A stretch of 64,000 bases of DNA from Octopus vulgaris. Taxonomy: Eukaryota. The stretch is from positions 29,264,001 through 29,328,000 of the forward strand of contig OX597814.1 of the NCBI GenBank assembly GCA_951406725.2. Reading direction: 5' to 3'. The position numbers and the translations under genes were made by a program. Shown in pieces: positions 63,853 to 64,000 of the stretch (the first letter of the stretch is position 1; the number at the start of each line of letters is the position of its first letter). Under the pieces are notes generated by a model, which had not been told where the DNA came from, searched no databases, and saw only the letters and a program-made list of their open reading frames with translations.

Positions 63853-64000
63853 TAAGTTTGAATTTTGCTTTATGTTTGTACAAGTTGGCTCCAAGTCTCA
63901 CCCAGAGATCTCAAGAGACAACAGGTTGGAAGTTCACGTTGTTGTTATGCCTAGTGTGCCATACATTTGGGGGGTTTTTTTGGTGTTGTACTAGTGAATG

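Overview
AT-rich, microsatellite-saturated eukaryotic DNA with no confidently identifiable host gene. The repeat content (three tRNA-derived SINE families with (TA)n/(CA)n cores, Helitron-like elements, mariner remnants and MITEs, CR1/L2-, R4/Dong- and Penelope-like fragments) looks like an octopus genome; that is an inference from repeat style. The standout is 7018-15230: four head-to-tail, full-length ~2.0-2.2 kb elements, three near-identical and one divergent paralogue. Each encodes only a ~415-aa Tx1/L1-ORF1-like protein with a CCHC zinc knuckle, and none has a reverse transcriptase or endonuclease. All four sit at the same site in the tRNA-like head of one SINE, and a 15-bp target sequence (AAGTAGCTTGCTAAC) recurs at every junction. 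Both subfamilies keep a 61-nt GT-AG intron-like segment in the 5' UTR and a structured 3' end, and lack a poly(A) tail. The SINE is itself nested in a mariner transposase remnant. Secondary signals are hammerhead-ribozyme-like cores (one bounding a 397-bp repeat unit), a LINE sharing its 3' tail with the targeted SINE family, and several long inverted repeats. Boundaries of decayed repeats are approximate.
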